A stretch of DNA of 63,459 nt, the filler included, from Pelomyxa schiedti (lineage: Eukaryota > Protista > Evosea): NCBI GenBank assembly GCA_020536535.1. It is 10 parts of 10 records of this genome, joined end to end, with 100 filler letters (N's around TTAATTAATTAA, not from the genome) between each part and the next. Parts side by side here need not be neighbours in the genome. Positions count along the whole stretch, not along the records: positions 1 to 14,003 come from JAHLWZ010000159.1; 9 more parts are not named here. One strand, written 5' to 3'. The position numbers and the translations under genes are program-made. The notes below the pieces were generated by a model. The model was given only the letters and a program-made list of their open reading frames with translations. It searched no databases and was not told the origin of the DNA. Of the stretch, positions 1 through 12,998 are shown piece after piece (the first letter of the stretch is position 1; each line of letters starts with the position of its first letter).

Positions 1-133
1 ATTGGAAAATACCCCTGCGCCCAAATCACTGAGAAACAGAGACCCAGAGATATCATCATCGATTGGAGTGTGGTTGTTGGCTGACTTCTGTGGCAAATGT
101 GAGTCGTTTTGAAGAGCAGGGGTATTTTCCAAT
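1..133. repeat. 18-bp perfect inverted repeat pair (MITE-like or hairpin), possibly extending beyond the window edge
   Basis: 1-18 ATTGGAAAATACCCCTGC is the exact reverse complement of 116-133 GCAGGGGTATTTTCCAAT. Confidence 0.6.
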
Positions 134-624
134 GGGGCACAGAACGATTCAGATATTGCCGGGGGTGCTGTGGGAGACAACCCCCCCATTCGTTGGATAC
201 CTTTGCATTACTGCCTGTGTGGTTTCGTTTTCAATTTCAGCTGGCTGAGTGCTGCTTGACTTGGGCTGATATGATGAGACTGACGCTGACCAAATGTGCA
301 CTGTGTGCTGTGGGTACTCTGAATACTTGGAATTCACGGGAAGAACCTGGGCTTATAAGTAACGCACACTGTCACCACACCTCCACCAGAAAAATAAATA
401 AACACTTTGTTTCCTCTTTATCTCGCTTCAGTGCGAACACGTCCGTCACTCCCTGTCAGCACACTCACACTTTTGCTTTTTTTTTGCACCTCACAGGTTT
501 GGGCCGTGCCACATGGGTTATTTGTAAGTAGAGAACGACTAGCTCCGTTGTTATGTGGCAGACGGCAAGGAAAAAGGTGATATTCCCAGACAAAGTACTT
601 TTCCGTTGTTATTGTTTCTTTGTT

Positions 625-802
625 TTAGCTGCGTTGAATGACACCTTGCCTGACAAGGTCCTCATAGAGCTTCTTGTTGAACACGTTGCCATCAACGTCC
701 TCGTACTCTTCCTCGGCATCGGGCCTCCACTCTATCTTGACCTTGTCACGCTTGATTTTCTCCCACAGGAGCAGAGCGTCGTTTATCTTGGTGATTTCGT
801 GG
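625..802 (-). pseudogene. Duplicated 3' fragment of SF3A3/Prp9 (part of last exon plus downstream flank)
   Basis: [17 protein letters not shown]...[12 protein letters not shown] is near-identical to 10129-10305 (one D/E change). Flank ~460-625 resembles ~10030-10128. Upstream sequence is unrelated to SF3A3. Confidence 0.75.
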
Positions 803-1322
803 GTTTCGTGAATTTGATGGCTGTAAGGGGAATTCAGTGTTCGAATGCTTTCCACTATCTCCATGACAGAGCGGACATCACCTTCAAGTTTCTTGTTGAC
901 TTTTTCTACAGGCTCAAGATATTATTTTGGTGTAGGCCGACCTGCCTCCTCAATCTATGACCAAGGTACATTCCCTTTTAACATCACCCCAAACTTAAAC
1001 ATAATAGGTATCCCCGACTGACACCACTCAGGGGAATTGCGTGTGCAGCTCTGCTCCGCTTTTCCTCATCAGGTTTTCGCCTTTTCATTGTTCCCCCCTC
1101 CCNNNNNNNNNNNNNNNNNNNNNNNNNNNNNNNNNNNNNNNNNNNNNNNNNNNNNNNNNNNNNNNNNNNNNNNNNNNNNNNNNNNNNNNNNNNNNNNNNN
1201 NNTAATCCTACAAGAAAAAAAAAAAAAAAAACCACCGCATTACTTACTTTAAATGTAGTAGAAGGAGAAGGCATAATTAATGCACATAACTCGGGGACAA
1301 TGAGGCACACACACACACATAC

Positions 1323-1604
1323 CGCAGCCTCGAGAGCCACCTGAGCCGTTTCCTTCGATGTGATTACGCCATCAACCATGGCACCGTAGACGTCGGTCTG
1401 GAACCCACAAATCGCCGCACGCTCGCCCGGCAGCGTGAACTTGAGCTCGGCCTCCACGTTCCCACTTGTGGGTGACGACGGCGGCTGGCAAAAGTGAACC
1501 TCAATCGTGACTCCAGCAACGGGCCCAATGCACTCGGCTTCGATGCTCACTTTGTCGACCCACAATGGCTCGCGGGTGTTCTTGTTTATCAACTCAAACG
1601 CCAT
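1323..1604 (-). CDS. VIT (vault inter-alpha-trypsin) domain protein, first exon; the rest is lost in or beyond the gap at 1103-1202
   Basis: MAFELINK...VSIEAECIGPVAGVTIEVHF...EAELKFTLPGERAAICGF...MVDGVITSKETAQVALEAA fits the VIT pattern. GTATGT donor at ~1323. Confidence 0.7.
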
Positions 1605-4600
1605 GTGTTGCGCTTACAACCCACAATGAGCGTTTGGCGTTTCGTGTCACCACCAGCCTTGTCCTCGTTTCGGTTATGTTTCGTTTGTCTTTTCGTTGTT
1701 GAGTACAATCAAAAATTTTCGTTTGAAAACTGCTTCCGAAAATGCGCTACCTTGTTGGGAAACTAGCGTAGGGTGTTGGGAAACCATGCGTGATACAACA
1801 AAGATCTTCTTGTTCCTTGGCCTCAACTGTAGAATGTGTACTTTAGCAATTTCACAAGCTTTAGCTCTATGGACACTCTGTGGACTCTGTATGAAAATCC
1901 TTCCAAAAACCCAAGTGTAAAAGTGGGAGCACTTGATCTCCCAAAGCTGTCTCCGACATTATGGGGTCAAATAACTCCAATTTCTTGGTTTTTGACACAA
2001 CGATGTGACAATTTCGATTTTTTGACACAACGCTGTAGATTGTACCATTCTGCGAAATCTGTTACTAACATGTCCGCCAAGGTTTTAACGCTTTCGGGGT
2101 TGTTTTGGCTGAGGTGCTGTGGCAGTCTCCTTGGGAATGGGTGCCACTTGTGAAGCTGAAGGTCTGTGTTTGCAGGGCCGTTGCTGAGGAACAGCTTGTG
2201 CTTGCTTTTCTTTGATAGAAAAGCCACCAGTGTTGGCCGGGAAACACTTTTTTTTGCTTCCCGGGAAGTCCTGGGAAGAGAGGGCGTCTTCCTGGGGTTC
2301 CCAGGCATCCTGTACATTTCTTTTTTCAGAGAAAACCCTGTGGTGGTGAATCTGTCTTTTTCCCTTTTTGGGATGTGGTGCCACGAGCTTGTGGGGCTAG
2401 AAACATGGCCAAGATGTATTAGGTTTGCTTTTCAGCTGGTTCCTCAACTCTGTCCTTCGCCTCGCCGTTGTTGTTCCTCAGTACTTTGTAAACAGAAAAG
2501 TAAATAAGAGATTTCCCTAGCAGATCGGGAAGACCCACTCATTTCCCGGGAGCAGGACCCGCCCAAATTCTCTTCCCGTGTCCCGTTTTACCGGGTTCCC
2601 ACCAACACTGGAAGCCACCACTGTTTTTGTTGTTTCCATGTTTCCAGTTTTTGCAGCCCAGTCAGAGATGGCTTTCCTTTGTGCATTTGCAGATGACTTT
2701 CCTGCAAGCTGTAGGTCTGTGTCAGTGAGATGCAGTGCAGCTTGTAATGTCACCAGCAATTCAGAAGAGAAATGAGAAATCCCCAGATATGCTAGAAACA
2801 GTTAAAACAAAAAAAAAACTGTGGTACCTACCCTTTTTTGTGGGTTTTTGGTGGTTTTAGCACTGAAGTTGCTGTGGTTGACTCCACAGAAGGTGGAGTT
2901 TGAGGTCCTTCTGGAACACCACATGTTGGTTGGAGTAGTATGACATCATCTCTTAGAGGTGGTGGAGCTATTGGTACCAACACAGCAAGAGGAACTGTAT
3001 GTCTTGGTGGGGGAAATTGGAATTCCACAAGGGGTAATCTCTTCTCTGGTGAAGCCATACATTTTATGCAACAACTCATAAAAGAAACTCTGCTCTTCAG
3101 TGACACAAGAATGAAACAACAGCTTTTTTTCAGCTGCTTTCAGCTGGTCGTATGACCAATGAGCAGCTGCCCTGAGCACACCTTCACAGAATATGCCCTG
3201 TTTGCAGGAAGCTCACATTGATCTAAGGCTTTTTGCAGTGCTTCTGCCTCATTGCTTCCAGTTGGACTAAGAACAATTGTATCTGAAGCTTTAAGATTGC
3301 ATCAAAATTGAAGCTGAGTCAACCTCCAGGAGTTTACAAACAGGGACATTCTCATGCCGATTCCAGTATGAAATCAACACCCTGACATGACTCTGGTGGA
3401 TTCATCAAAATAGAGGTGGAAAGCTGGTACCTAGGAATCTTTTAGTTCATTTTTTTTATTGAATCAACCTCTTGGATTGCTTGTTGTAATTCCTGTTGTA
3501 GGCTACTAATCATACCAATTTCTTTTTCTGTTTTTCTGACAATGAAAAGCCTTAGTGGAGGAGGATTTGGGGTGTCAAAGGTGTTGAAATGTGGAGCCAA
3601 TGTCATAACTTGGGACAATGGTGACTGTGGATGTGTGTTAGACCTCGAAACCATCATGCCACAACTTCTTATGCACTACCACATACCACAACAGTTTGCC
3701 CACAATCTGGTCTGAAAATTGTACCTTTTCTTTCTGGCACCCATCCAGTTACCACCACTTTTTGGGTTTCCTCAGTCCCAGTGCCTCCTTTTTCACTGGG
3801 AACCAAGGGAAACACTGCTCACAGCTCCTCCCCCTGGTTCGACACGATTTTGACACTATCCAGACCAGATCCAGAATTTTCTTGTGTTTTTTGGGTAGAG
3901 TTGGTTTGACCCCCAACATTCAGAACGAGAGGGCAGAGCAGTCAGCATTTCAATTGATTGTCAATGAACAACAGCAAGACATCTTGCTGTTGGATGACCA
4001 GACAGCTTTAAGAACTTTGGCCTGCAGGTTCAACTCGTTTGTTGCAACAAGTGTAGTGAGTTAGTGAGCAAGCCACAGGGACTGTCAAAGTTCTATGGTG
4101 ATTTGGCACCGTGGTTCCAGGAAGGTGACACTACTTCAGTCCCTCAGCCACTCGTCCTCTCCAACGGCACCAGCCACACCGCCGCCTCCTCCTCGTGCAC
4201 CAGCAGCGCCCCCCCTGCCCCTCGATCGCGGTGCTTCGCTCGGCGCCGCCCGCCCACGATGTCTCCGTGCCGCGCTGGTGGTTGCACTGCGGGCACAACG
4301 ACCGTGATACGAGGCGGTTGGGCACCACTGTGGGTTGAGTTCGCCTGAATCCTCAGGAGAAAGGAATGAGGCAAATCAGGGGAAACAAGCCAGAGCTCCT
4401 CCAGCCATCTTGAATGCTATCCTGTAATAATGTTGCTTTTAAGGCAAAACAGGCCTGTAATAGAATTTAAAACTCTGTTAAAACAGTAACACACAAATCT
4501 AGTTTAATGTTGCTAACTTGCTAGCTAGCAAGTTTTCTCATGTGCGTGTTGTGCAACACCTTTCATTGAGCAGCACTTACAAGAAATAGCGAATCTCATC

Positions 4601-4629
4601 ATTCTGGTATCTGTCCAAGATCTAACAGC

Positions 4630-7600
4630 ATGACACAAAGTTCAGCCGGCGGTGTAAGTGGTAGCGGTGGTGGCGGAGGATGTACATGGGATATTGACAA
4701 TAGTGTTAGTTGGCCACAGAGAACGTGTGCCCTGTGTTTGCGGCCCCCTCCGCCAACAAACACCGGTGGTCCACCGCAACTCACGTCGCCATCAACAACT
4801 ACAACACCAACACCAAGTGGTGGTACCACCGCTGCTAGTGCCACTCTTGTGCCCCTAGCCTGTTGTTGCCGCCCGACAACCGCCGACGCTGCCAGTGACG
4901 GTGGCGGCGTAGGGCACTGGGCGTGTGTAGAGTGTGCTCAGCGCCGCGTTGACTTTTTTCGCTCCCGCACCGCACTACAGCACGTGATGGCAACAGTCAC
5001 ACAGTCTGTTGACCCGCCTAGTCAGCAGCAAAATGACCACATCCGCACCAACCAACAACAGCAGCAGAACGGGCCAGGAGAAACAGCAGCGGCATGTTGT
5101 GACACTACCGGTGCCGATGGTGGTGCCGCACTGTGGTCTCCACTATTATGGATGCCACAGGACCTACAGGTACTACGTTTATCGAAGAGATGAATCACAA
5201 ATGAAATCACAAACAAAAGGCACCAGAGGATGACTCTGTTCAGTTGAAGTGTCCAGTTTGTGGACAGGTTACTGTGATACCACCCAACAAAAGTGTTTCC
5301 TCGTTGCAAGTATGATGTTTTTCTTTTCCCAACAACTCTAATGTATTATTACGCACTCAGACAAACCTCCAATCTGGGGTATGCAACTTCACGGATGAGG
5401 CACAGCAAGGAAATCAACTATGCCCAGTCTGTGATGACCCAGCAACACACTGCTGTTCATCATGTGGCATAGTTTCATGTCAAAAACAATCGTGTCTGAG
5501 GATCGCTATAAAAATGCATGGGCCAATGGACCACACTGTCGTTCTCTTTCCTTGTTGTTTCTTACTAACTCCACCAAGTTCAATGCAGTTGAAATTCAAT
5601 CTTCAGGTGGAGGTTACCAGAGATGCATAGATCACAAGAAGCCACTTGAATTATTTTGTACTCAAGATAGCACTCCTGTATGTTCATTGTGTGTACTGTC
5701 TGGTAAACACCAGGTACTATTTTTAAACCAACTTGAAAGGCTCCTTTTATTTAAAAATAAAATAAAATCAAACTTATGTGAGTAAAATAAAATTCGACTA
5801 GTAATAAAATAAGATCAGGACAAGGAATCGAGAACAGTTCATGCCACTGTAACGATTCCACAAGCAGCAAAGGAGAGAAAGCAAACCATTCTAAAGAGTG
5901 CAGAATCTCTTACCAGAAAGGTGGAATCCGTGAAGCAGGGTCTTGTTTCGATATCCAAGACCAAATCTACTATGACAGAGGTGTATCTCAATTCTTAATA
6001 AGCTGTTGTGTAACCCCGATGAACAGAACTGCAGTCAAGCAATCAAAAAAGTTGATGAGGTCTTTTTAGAGTTGCAATCATTGCTTAGCCAGAGGTACAA
6101 ATACCTTGCTTCTAAATGTATCACAACTTCCGAATCAACAGGTTTTTCCCTCTTTAAACAAGAAAATAAACATAACCATAAACGTAAATATAAATAACCT
6201 CTTTCCACAGAGAGGATTCTTACCATGCAAGAGGACCACCTTGAGAAATTTCTTGAGTGTGCCACTGCAACGTTGAATCTAGTGGCACTCATCACCCATT
6301 CATCTCATGACTTTGGAGTCATCCGCTCCTTTGACTCTGTCTCCAGGTCTATCAACGATTTGAAAGATTCTCAGGTGTGTCTTTGTGAATTCCAATCCAA
6401 GAATGAACCAACATTCGCTCAAAGGTTTATTTGCAACCCTGCTGCGTTCCAGAAATAGACTTCACTGTGGACTCTAATTGTGATCTCACGAAAATCATTA
6501 ATTCCTTTGGGGCATTGACTTTTGGTTTGTTACCTTCATTCATTCACCCTAATTCATTAACAAGGCGGTGTTTCAATCAACAAGAGCAAGTTCATGGTTA
6601 CTCCTGTGTCCGGTTCTGCCAGCAAATATCAAACAGGGATTGTTGGAGATGAGTGGAATTGCAAGGTTGAATGCATGTCTCTCGTGAATGACATGGGAGC
6701 CAAGATATCTCCGCACCTGCTGCAACCTTACTTGTCACATATTGCTCCCAAAGTACTTTCTCACAGTGATGGTAATAAATCAATGTCAATCACAACTCAC
6801 CACCTAAAGGAAGAGCAGAAATGCAGTCTCTCAGAGCTTTACCACAATGGCACATGCCAAATGACCTGGCGGCAGCAACTTCTTGTGAAATCAGTTTCAT
6901 TCCACAGTTTACTGGCAGGCATAGTATTTCCATAAATTCAACCGAGATAGTTTCATTTGATGTGAAAGGTTAACAAATGATAAGATAATTTCATTCACCA
7001 AAATAGAAATTGATCCGCACAAGTGCATTGCTGAGGGAGACACCACAGGAGTTGTTGATAACCCCTGCAACCTAAATATCAAAGTGAGTTTTCACAAACA
7101 ACAATAAGATAACAACCTCATTTCAGGCATACTTTTCAGACGGTGAACCAGCTCTCATTGCAAGCTCAACTATTTGTAAGCTAATGAAGACAAGGTTCAA
7201 GATTGTTACCAAAGATGAAATGCCACAGGAACACCTGGAGAGGAGCATTTTAAATAAATTTTTGCAGTGTGAGAATCCAACCCAGATTCAGTTCACACTA
7301 CCAGCACCTGGTGACTTCTTTGTGCACATTGAAGCTCTCATGATGTACAAGAAAGTTGAAGAGTGGATTCCACTCTCAAACAGCCCACTAACCATCACTA
7401 GAAACTGTATTGTTTGGTTCTATTGCCTTCCTTGTAACTAACAAAGTGTAGGTGTATTCTGTGTCATCTCTCAAGCGGTGTGGCATACAATAGGCAGTGG
7501 GATCAAACTAGTGGGTGACACTGTGACGTGGACTGGCTCTTCCTGCAGTGGTCCTGCCAATGGAGGAAGAATAGCAATGCTAATGGGATCTTTACAAGAT

Positions 7601-8103
7601 ATTGCTGGAAAAAGTGGAAGAGTGTATTGGGCATTTGAGATTTCTAAATACACAACCTCTAGTTGTCAGGTTTGTTTTACCTCCCAATGGAACTTCATCT
7701 TGACATGAAATAGGATGGTGTGGGGGCCTGTTCCTCCCTCAATGGACTTGATTTGAGTAACCCCTCTTGTGTTGACTACTATCCAGTAACTTGCCAGTCA
7801 ACCAAGGGAGTCAAATCCTTTGGATTGTCCATTCGCTGGGGATACATAGGTCTTTGTCTCTCAGGGCAAGAGAAACGGCTCACCGAGGGCACAGTTAAGT
7901 GTGGGGACCAGTTCTCCTTCCTTGTCAAGTTTGACCATGACAAGAGGCATGCAACAGTTGACATGTTTTATAACCTCAAGCTACTGGCCACTGAAACCAA
8001 CGTTGACACATCTGTTCCTCTCTTCCCTGTTATTCACATGTGCTGTAAAGACATTGACTACAGACTTGTGAGGAAACCAACGCTCCCTGCCTCCTTGACT
8101 TGA
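4630..8103 (+). CDS. TRIM-like protein: RING-like, B-box, coiled coil, filamin/Ig-like, SPRY/B30.2 (multi-exon)
   Basis: CALC...CCC...HWACVEC (RING-like); RCIDHKKPLELFCTQDSTPVCSLCVLSGKH (B-box, 5621-5713); helical region ~5820-6400; EIDPHKCIAEG filamin-type start (~7005); VYWAFEI...IGWCG...GDQFSFLV...LFPVI (SPRY); stop at 8101-8103. Confidence 0.7.
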
Positions 8104-9199
8104 TTTTCTCCCTTTAACATCTCATTCATAACTCTAGAGCACTCTCACCAAAACCCATCTTTTTTTTGTTGAAACATTCTTGTTTTGGTTGGTGACTACA
8201 AGTGGAAAGTTTGCCATGGCTGGGACTTAAGTTTACATTGTAAACAAAGTTACATCCCAGCTAAAAGGTAGGGCTGCAGGGTCATCACCAACTGATTTCA
8301 ACAGATGACTGCACTCAAATTGCTGTGTGGGGTACCTTGGAGTTTGTGTGGAACTGCACCAATCCCTCCATCAGCTTTGTTGGGTCTACTTGGAATACAA
8401 TGGAACGAGTGTGGCTTCTAAACTCCATTTTTGAAAATATGGCCTTGTGCAGTCATGGGCAGATTACAACAACAGAACAAAAATTAAAAAAAACAAAGCA
8501 GCTGCACCCAGCGACTCCCGGCCGGCACAGCCGAAGGCGACACCGCCGACGCCGCTGTTGCCGGTGCGGAATCGCGACGCCGGTGCCCATCGCCGTCATT
8601 GTCGCCGTTTTCGGCACAACCCAACACAAGCAACATCTGCGTAGGCGACGCTCACGGGCGGCCAAACTGCGTATATCACGGTCGCGGTGCAGTCGGTGCA
8701 CAACAACGGAGCAGCACCGCGAGCGAGGGGAAAGGGTGCCGTGCGTCGGCGGCAGGGACGGCAGGCTGGGCGGCGGCAAGGGGGGGGTTGGCTCGGGCCG
8801 TACCTACACACAGGGCGTTTCTAATTCTACTTTTTTCGGCTATTTTAATTACTTGTTAATACTGCTTCCTTGTGACTTACCAACACACAGAACAGGCACA
8901 GCAATTATTCAAGTATGAACCTTTCTTCCTTAAATATATATTTACACGCAACCAGCCAGCTTTCGTAATCCCTTTGCATTACTGCCTGTGTGGTTTCATT
9001 TTCAATTTCAGTTGGCTGAGAGTGCTGCTTGACTTGGGCTGATATGATGAGACTGCCGCTGACCAAATGTGCACTGTGTGCTGTGATATTCTGCTCTGAT
9101 GTGTGGCAATCGATGTGCAATGTGGCAATCTCAATGTGCATATTCCTGCCCATGGCTATGATTGATGATGGAGGTACCTGTTGTTGCAGTCAGTCTCAG

Positions 9200-9985
9200 T
9201 ACTTTTTGGCTCTGCTTTTGCTTTGATTTCATCATCATCGAGGCTTGGAGAACAACCATTGTTGGGGAACAGTTCCCGAACCAAGTTTTCGGCGACGATG
9301 ATTTTCGTGTGCGTAAAGAATTTTTGGGACTGCCCAAACTTTTTCGGTGTGCACACGATCAAAAAACGAGCGTTTTTCTGGGAAAACAGTGTGCACAGTT
9401 TGCAGCACGCCAACGGCCAACAGACACACCAATGTGCTTCCCACCCCAAAGAAAACAAAAGTTTTTCGACCCAGTTGATAAGCTCAGGAGCGCTCATTAG
9501 CTCACAAACTTCTGCTTATTGGCCGAAGTTCATGAGTACTCGACCAAAATCCACCCCTGTGTTCTCCAAGCCTCGATGATGATGAAATCAAAGCAAAAGC
9601 AGAGCCAAAAAGTCCGATCGGACCCAAATCGACAAAAACAAAAAAATGGTCCTGGCTGTGCCTGATTTTTTTGGGGTGGGAAGCACATTGGTGTGTCTGT
9701 CGGCCGTTGGCGTGGTGCAAACTGTGTGCACACCCCGCGATCGGGGGAATTTTTTTTCCCCTTCATTTGGTGTGCACACAAACGAAAAGGAAAAAAAATT
9801 AGGTTTTTGGCTGTTCTCAGCATCCAGCCCACACTGAGTCCTGCAAACGGTTGCACCCCGTGGCCGATGGTCTTGTAGAAAACGCCTTTTTTTTCCGTCT
9901 CAGTTCCTCGTCTCTGGACTGAGAAAACTAATAAACCCGATAAAAAGTGTGCACACTTGGGCAGTCCCAAAATTTTTTGTGGACT
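9200..9985. repeat. Cluster of modular inverted repeats with recurrent GTGTGCACA(C/G) palindrome
   Basis: ~9205-9255 is reverse complement of ~9558-9612; ~9387-9460 of ~9666-9732; ~9317-9345 of ~9955-9982. Confidence 0.7.
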
Positions 9986-10128
9986 TTTCGGCTGCCTCTG
10001 TCGTATCGCACTCGCATGACAGCAACAGGAGCACTTTTGCTTTGTTTTGCTCCTCACAGGTTTGGGCCGTGCCACATGGTTATTTGTAAGGGGAGAAAGA
10101 CTAGCTCCGTTGTTATTGTTTCTTTGTT

Positions 10129-12227
10129 TTAACTGCGTTGAATGACACCTTGCCTGACAAGGTCCTCATAGAGCTTCTTGTTGAACACGTTGCCTTCAAC
10201 GTCCTCGTACTCTTCCTCGGCATCGGGCCTCCACTCTATCTTGACCTTGTCACGCTTGATTTTCTCCCACAGGAGCAGAGCGTCGTTTATCTTGGTGATT
10301 TCGTGGAAGTGCCTGGTATTGGGAATCCCCAAGCACTGCATTCCGTGTGCATGTCTCCATTCCTGTTGTGTGTTTGTTAGTCACCGGAATGTTTGGTTGT
10401 TATATCATAAAACCTGGAAGTGCCGCTCATAGGCTCGCCGGCCCCAGTATGACGTGTTGCCGCAGATTTCGCATTTGTATTCCACGCCGAGACCGTGCAA
10501 TTTGTACAACCAGTACGGAATTGGCTTGCCGTCCCATCCAACCGGGTAGTTATCAATTGTCTGCTTCACTTCTTCTTCCGGCTGTTGAATAATTAGAAGT
10601 GGGTTTGAGTTTGAAGAAAGAGTGGTGTGTTTACCTCCACATCCTCGGGGATCTCCTCTTCCTCCACCTCAGCAGCATCAAGCTCATCTTCAATCTCCCG
10701 AAGTGTTCTTCCTTGCCGCTTGGTCACATTGTCCTTGGTATCCCTGATGACCTCTGTCAAAGACACAGCCAGGTTATTGATGCAAAACTCCATCTGCTGC
10801 ACCACCTTGAGCTGTGCCGGGTTTCCACTGGTGATCGCCACTTCTTTTCCAGTGCTCTGGAGTGGCGTTAGATGATATTATTATGTGGTGGAAAACGGTA
10901 AAAACATACTGCAGCAACTTTCACCAAATGCCGCTTGCTTTTTTGGTGGTGTTGGAACACAGTCTCCTTGGAAAATTTTTCCCTGCAAAAATCACAGAAG
11001 AACGTTCCCGGAGGGGCCACACTGTCTCTCAGTTCACTGGAGGTTTCAGTGGTTGTAGTTGTTGTGGCAGTTTTGTCATCCACAAGAGCAGTATAATCGA
11101 AGTCACGTGCTATCTTCTTGGCCAACCACAGTTCCTCAAATTCAGTGTTTATGGAGGTTATCTGAGGAGTTTGTAAATTAAGATTCCTTGGAGGGGAATG
11201 TCTCTCACCTTGGAGTCAATGTCAAATAAAGGTTGGGCTCTCCTGTAGAAGTCAATCAAGTAGTTCATCAAGTTGGTCAAGTATGCAATGTACTGTGGGC
11301 TCGTGTGGTGGGGCAACTTGCGATCTTCAAATTGGAAGAAGGTGTCCAGGTATCTGGTGTCACATGGGAAAAAAATAGCAACAAGCATCGCAACAACCAT
11401 CAACACAGAAAAAACCAATGAAGAGAGAAAGGAATGGTGTCCAACGGGGACAGGTTATTGTATACCCGTTTGAGCCGCAAACCAACAGTCACAACAAACC
11501 ACGAGTGAGTAGCCAGAAAATATAAAATGCAGTGAGCGAGAGGAATCAAGGAAAGGATGGGAGATACATACGTGATGTAGTCTTTTTTCGGGAACTGTGC
11601 ACCTAAATTCAAGAAAGCGGTATAATGTGAATGTAAATCAAGACATTTTCCGTAGGCTTCTTCACCTGTAAACCTGCAGTCTTTTACAAGCGGTAATTGG
11701 AGGCAGGGGGCATACTGTACGTTTGGGGTGTAGTCCAAGTCGCATGGACCCACGTTATCATCTGCCATTGCAGTAGGGAACCTCTTGTGGTATTCTTTGA
11801 TCTCCCTCAGCCGGTTGTAAAAGGCACTGTAAAGAGCTGGACCCTTGAACAAATATCAGGGGAAAAGTAAACTGTGGGGAAAGAATGTCAAGGAAACTCA
11901 CAGCGCCACCAATAGAAGCTATTTCCTCTCTCCTAGCACCATCAACGTCATCATAAGATGCCGCCAACCTCTGAGCAGAATCACATGTTCCCTATCATTG
12001 TTTGTCGGTTGCATTTTACAAAATAAAAATTGCATCGGTTATTATTGTTGTTCCGTAGGTTGTGTTTATCGAAAATATACCTTGAGTAAGTGGGCGACAA
12101 CGCCGTTTACGTCGACGGTATCGCGGTATGTGCGCGGTGTTTCCTTGAGCAACCTTACTACTTCAGCCTGGTACCGCTCTAGAGTCTCGTGCAATCCCCT
12201 CGTTCGCTCGACCAGAGATCCGCTCAT
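10129..12227 (-). CDS. SF3A3: Splicing factor 3a subunit 3 (SF3a60/Prp9), multi-exon
   Basis: [40 protein letters not shown]1-type zinc finger FCDFC...[75 protein letters not shown]. Confidence 0.95.
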
Positions 12228-12544
12228 TCACAATAACAACAGACGAACCACACCGGTGTAACACCCGCTATTGTATGTATTTATATGTGTCGCTCCTTTC
12301 TTAGATCTCCACCCACGCGTGGTATTGTACTTGCGCAGTAACGAAGAGCAACAAAAAATTACAGAATTTTCCTTTCATTTCTGATTGACCAGTGCTAGCC
12401 CACTTTATCTCAGGATTTATCTCTCCACTATCCTCCTCCTTCTTACTTAGTGCTCTCCCCTCATTGATCAATGACTCCAGGAGACCAACTTGGCCTCCCA
12501 AAGGAGCCGAAAAAAGAAATCGCAGGAACGAACGAATCACGGCG

Positions 12545-12899
12545 ATGAGCGGCACCGGCGCTGCGTGTGCGTCTGCGTCGGCGGCGGCGACGGGGGAGCC
12601 AGGGGGCGGCGGGGTGCTGTGCGTGTCGTTCAACGCGGGCAACACGCGGTTCGGCGTGGGAACAACTGACGGGTGTGCGTCGTGCGCGCACGCGCGCAGT
12701 GGGCGCGTCTCTCTCTCTGTCTCTTTCTGTTGGTTCTTCTGGGGTTGTGAATCGACGCAACGCGCAATGCAATGTGGGGGTGCTATGTGGTGGTGGGTAT
12801 GAGGATCAATTTCTGACTAGTACGCGCCCAGGTTTTACGTTTATGGGACGGAATCGCTGGGCTCGAGGGTTCCTTGCTTGTTTTATAGAAGTACGTGGT
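12545..12899 (+). CDS. ATG18: Atg18/WIPI-family PROPPIN, 5' end only (cut by gap)
   Basis: Spliced reading VLCVSFNAGNTRFGVGTTDG|FYVYGTES (intron 12673-12831, CTGAC branch site) resembles the WIPI blade-1 motif (FNQD..xFAxG..xGFxVY). Confidence 0.6.
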
Positions 12900-12998
12900 N
12901 NNNNNNNNNNNNNNNNNNNNNNNNNNNNNNNNNNNNNNNNNNNNNNNNNNNNNNNNNNNNNNNNNNNNNNNNNNNNNNNNNNNNNNNNNNNNNNNNNN

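Noticed and set aside
2226-2612. Weak inverted similarity between ~2226-2310 and ~2545-2612
   Set aside because: Too short and gapped to distinguish from chance without an alignment.
8450-8820. GC-rich island resembling a first exon
   Set aside because: All frames give low-complexity peptides, and I could not link a start codon or splice path; left unannotated.
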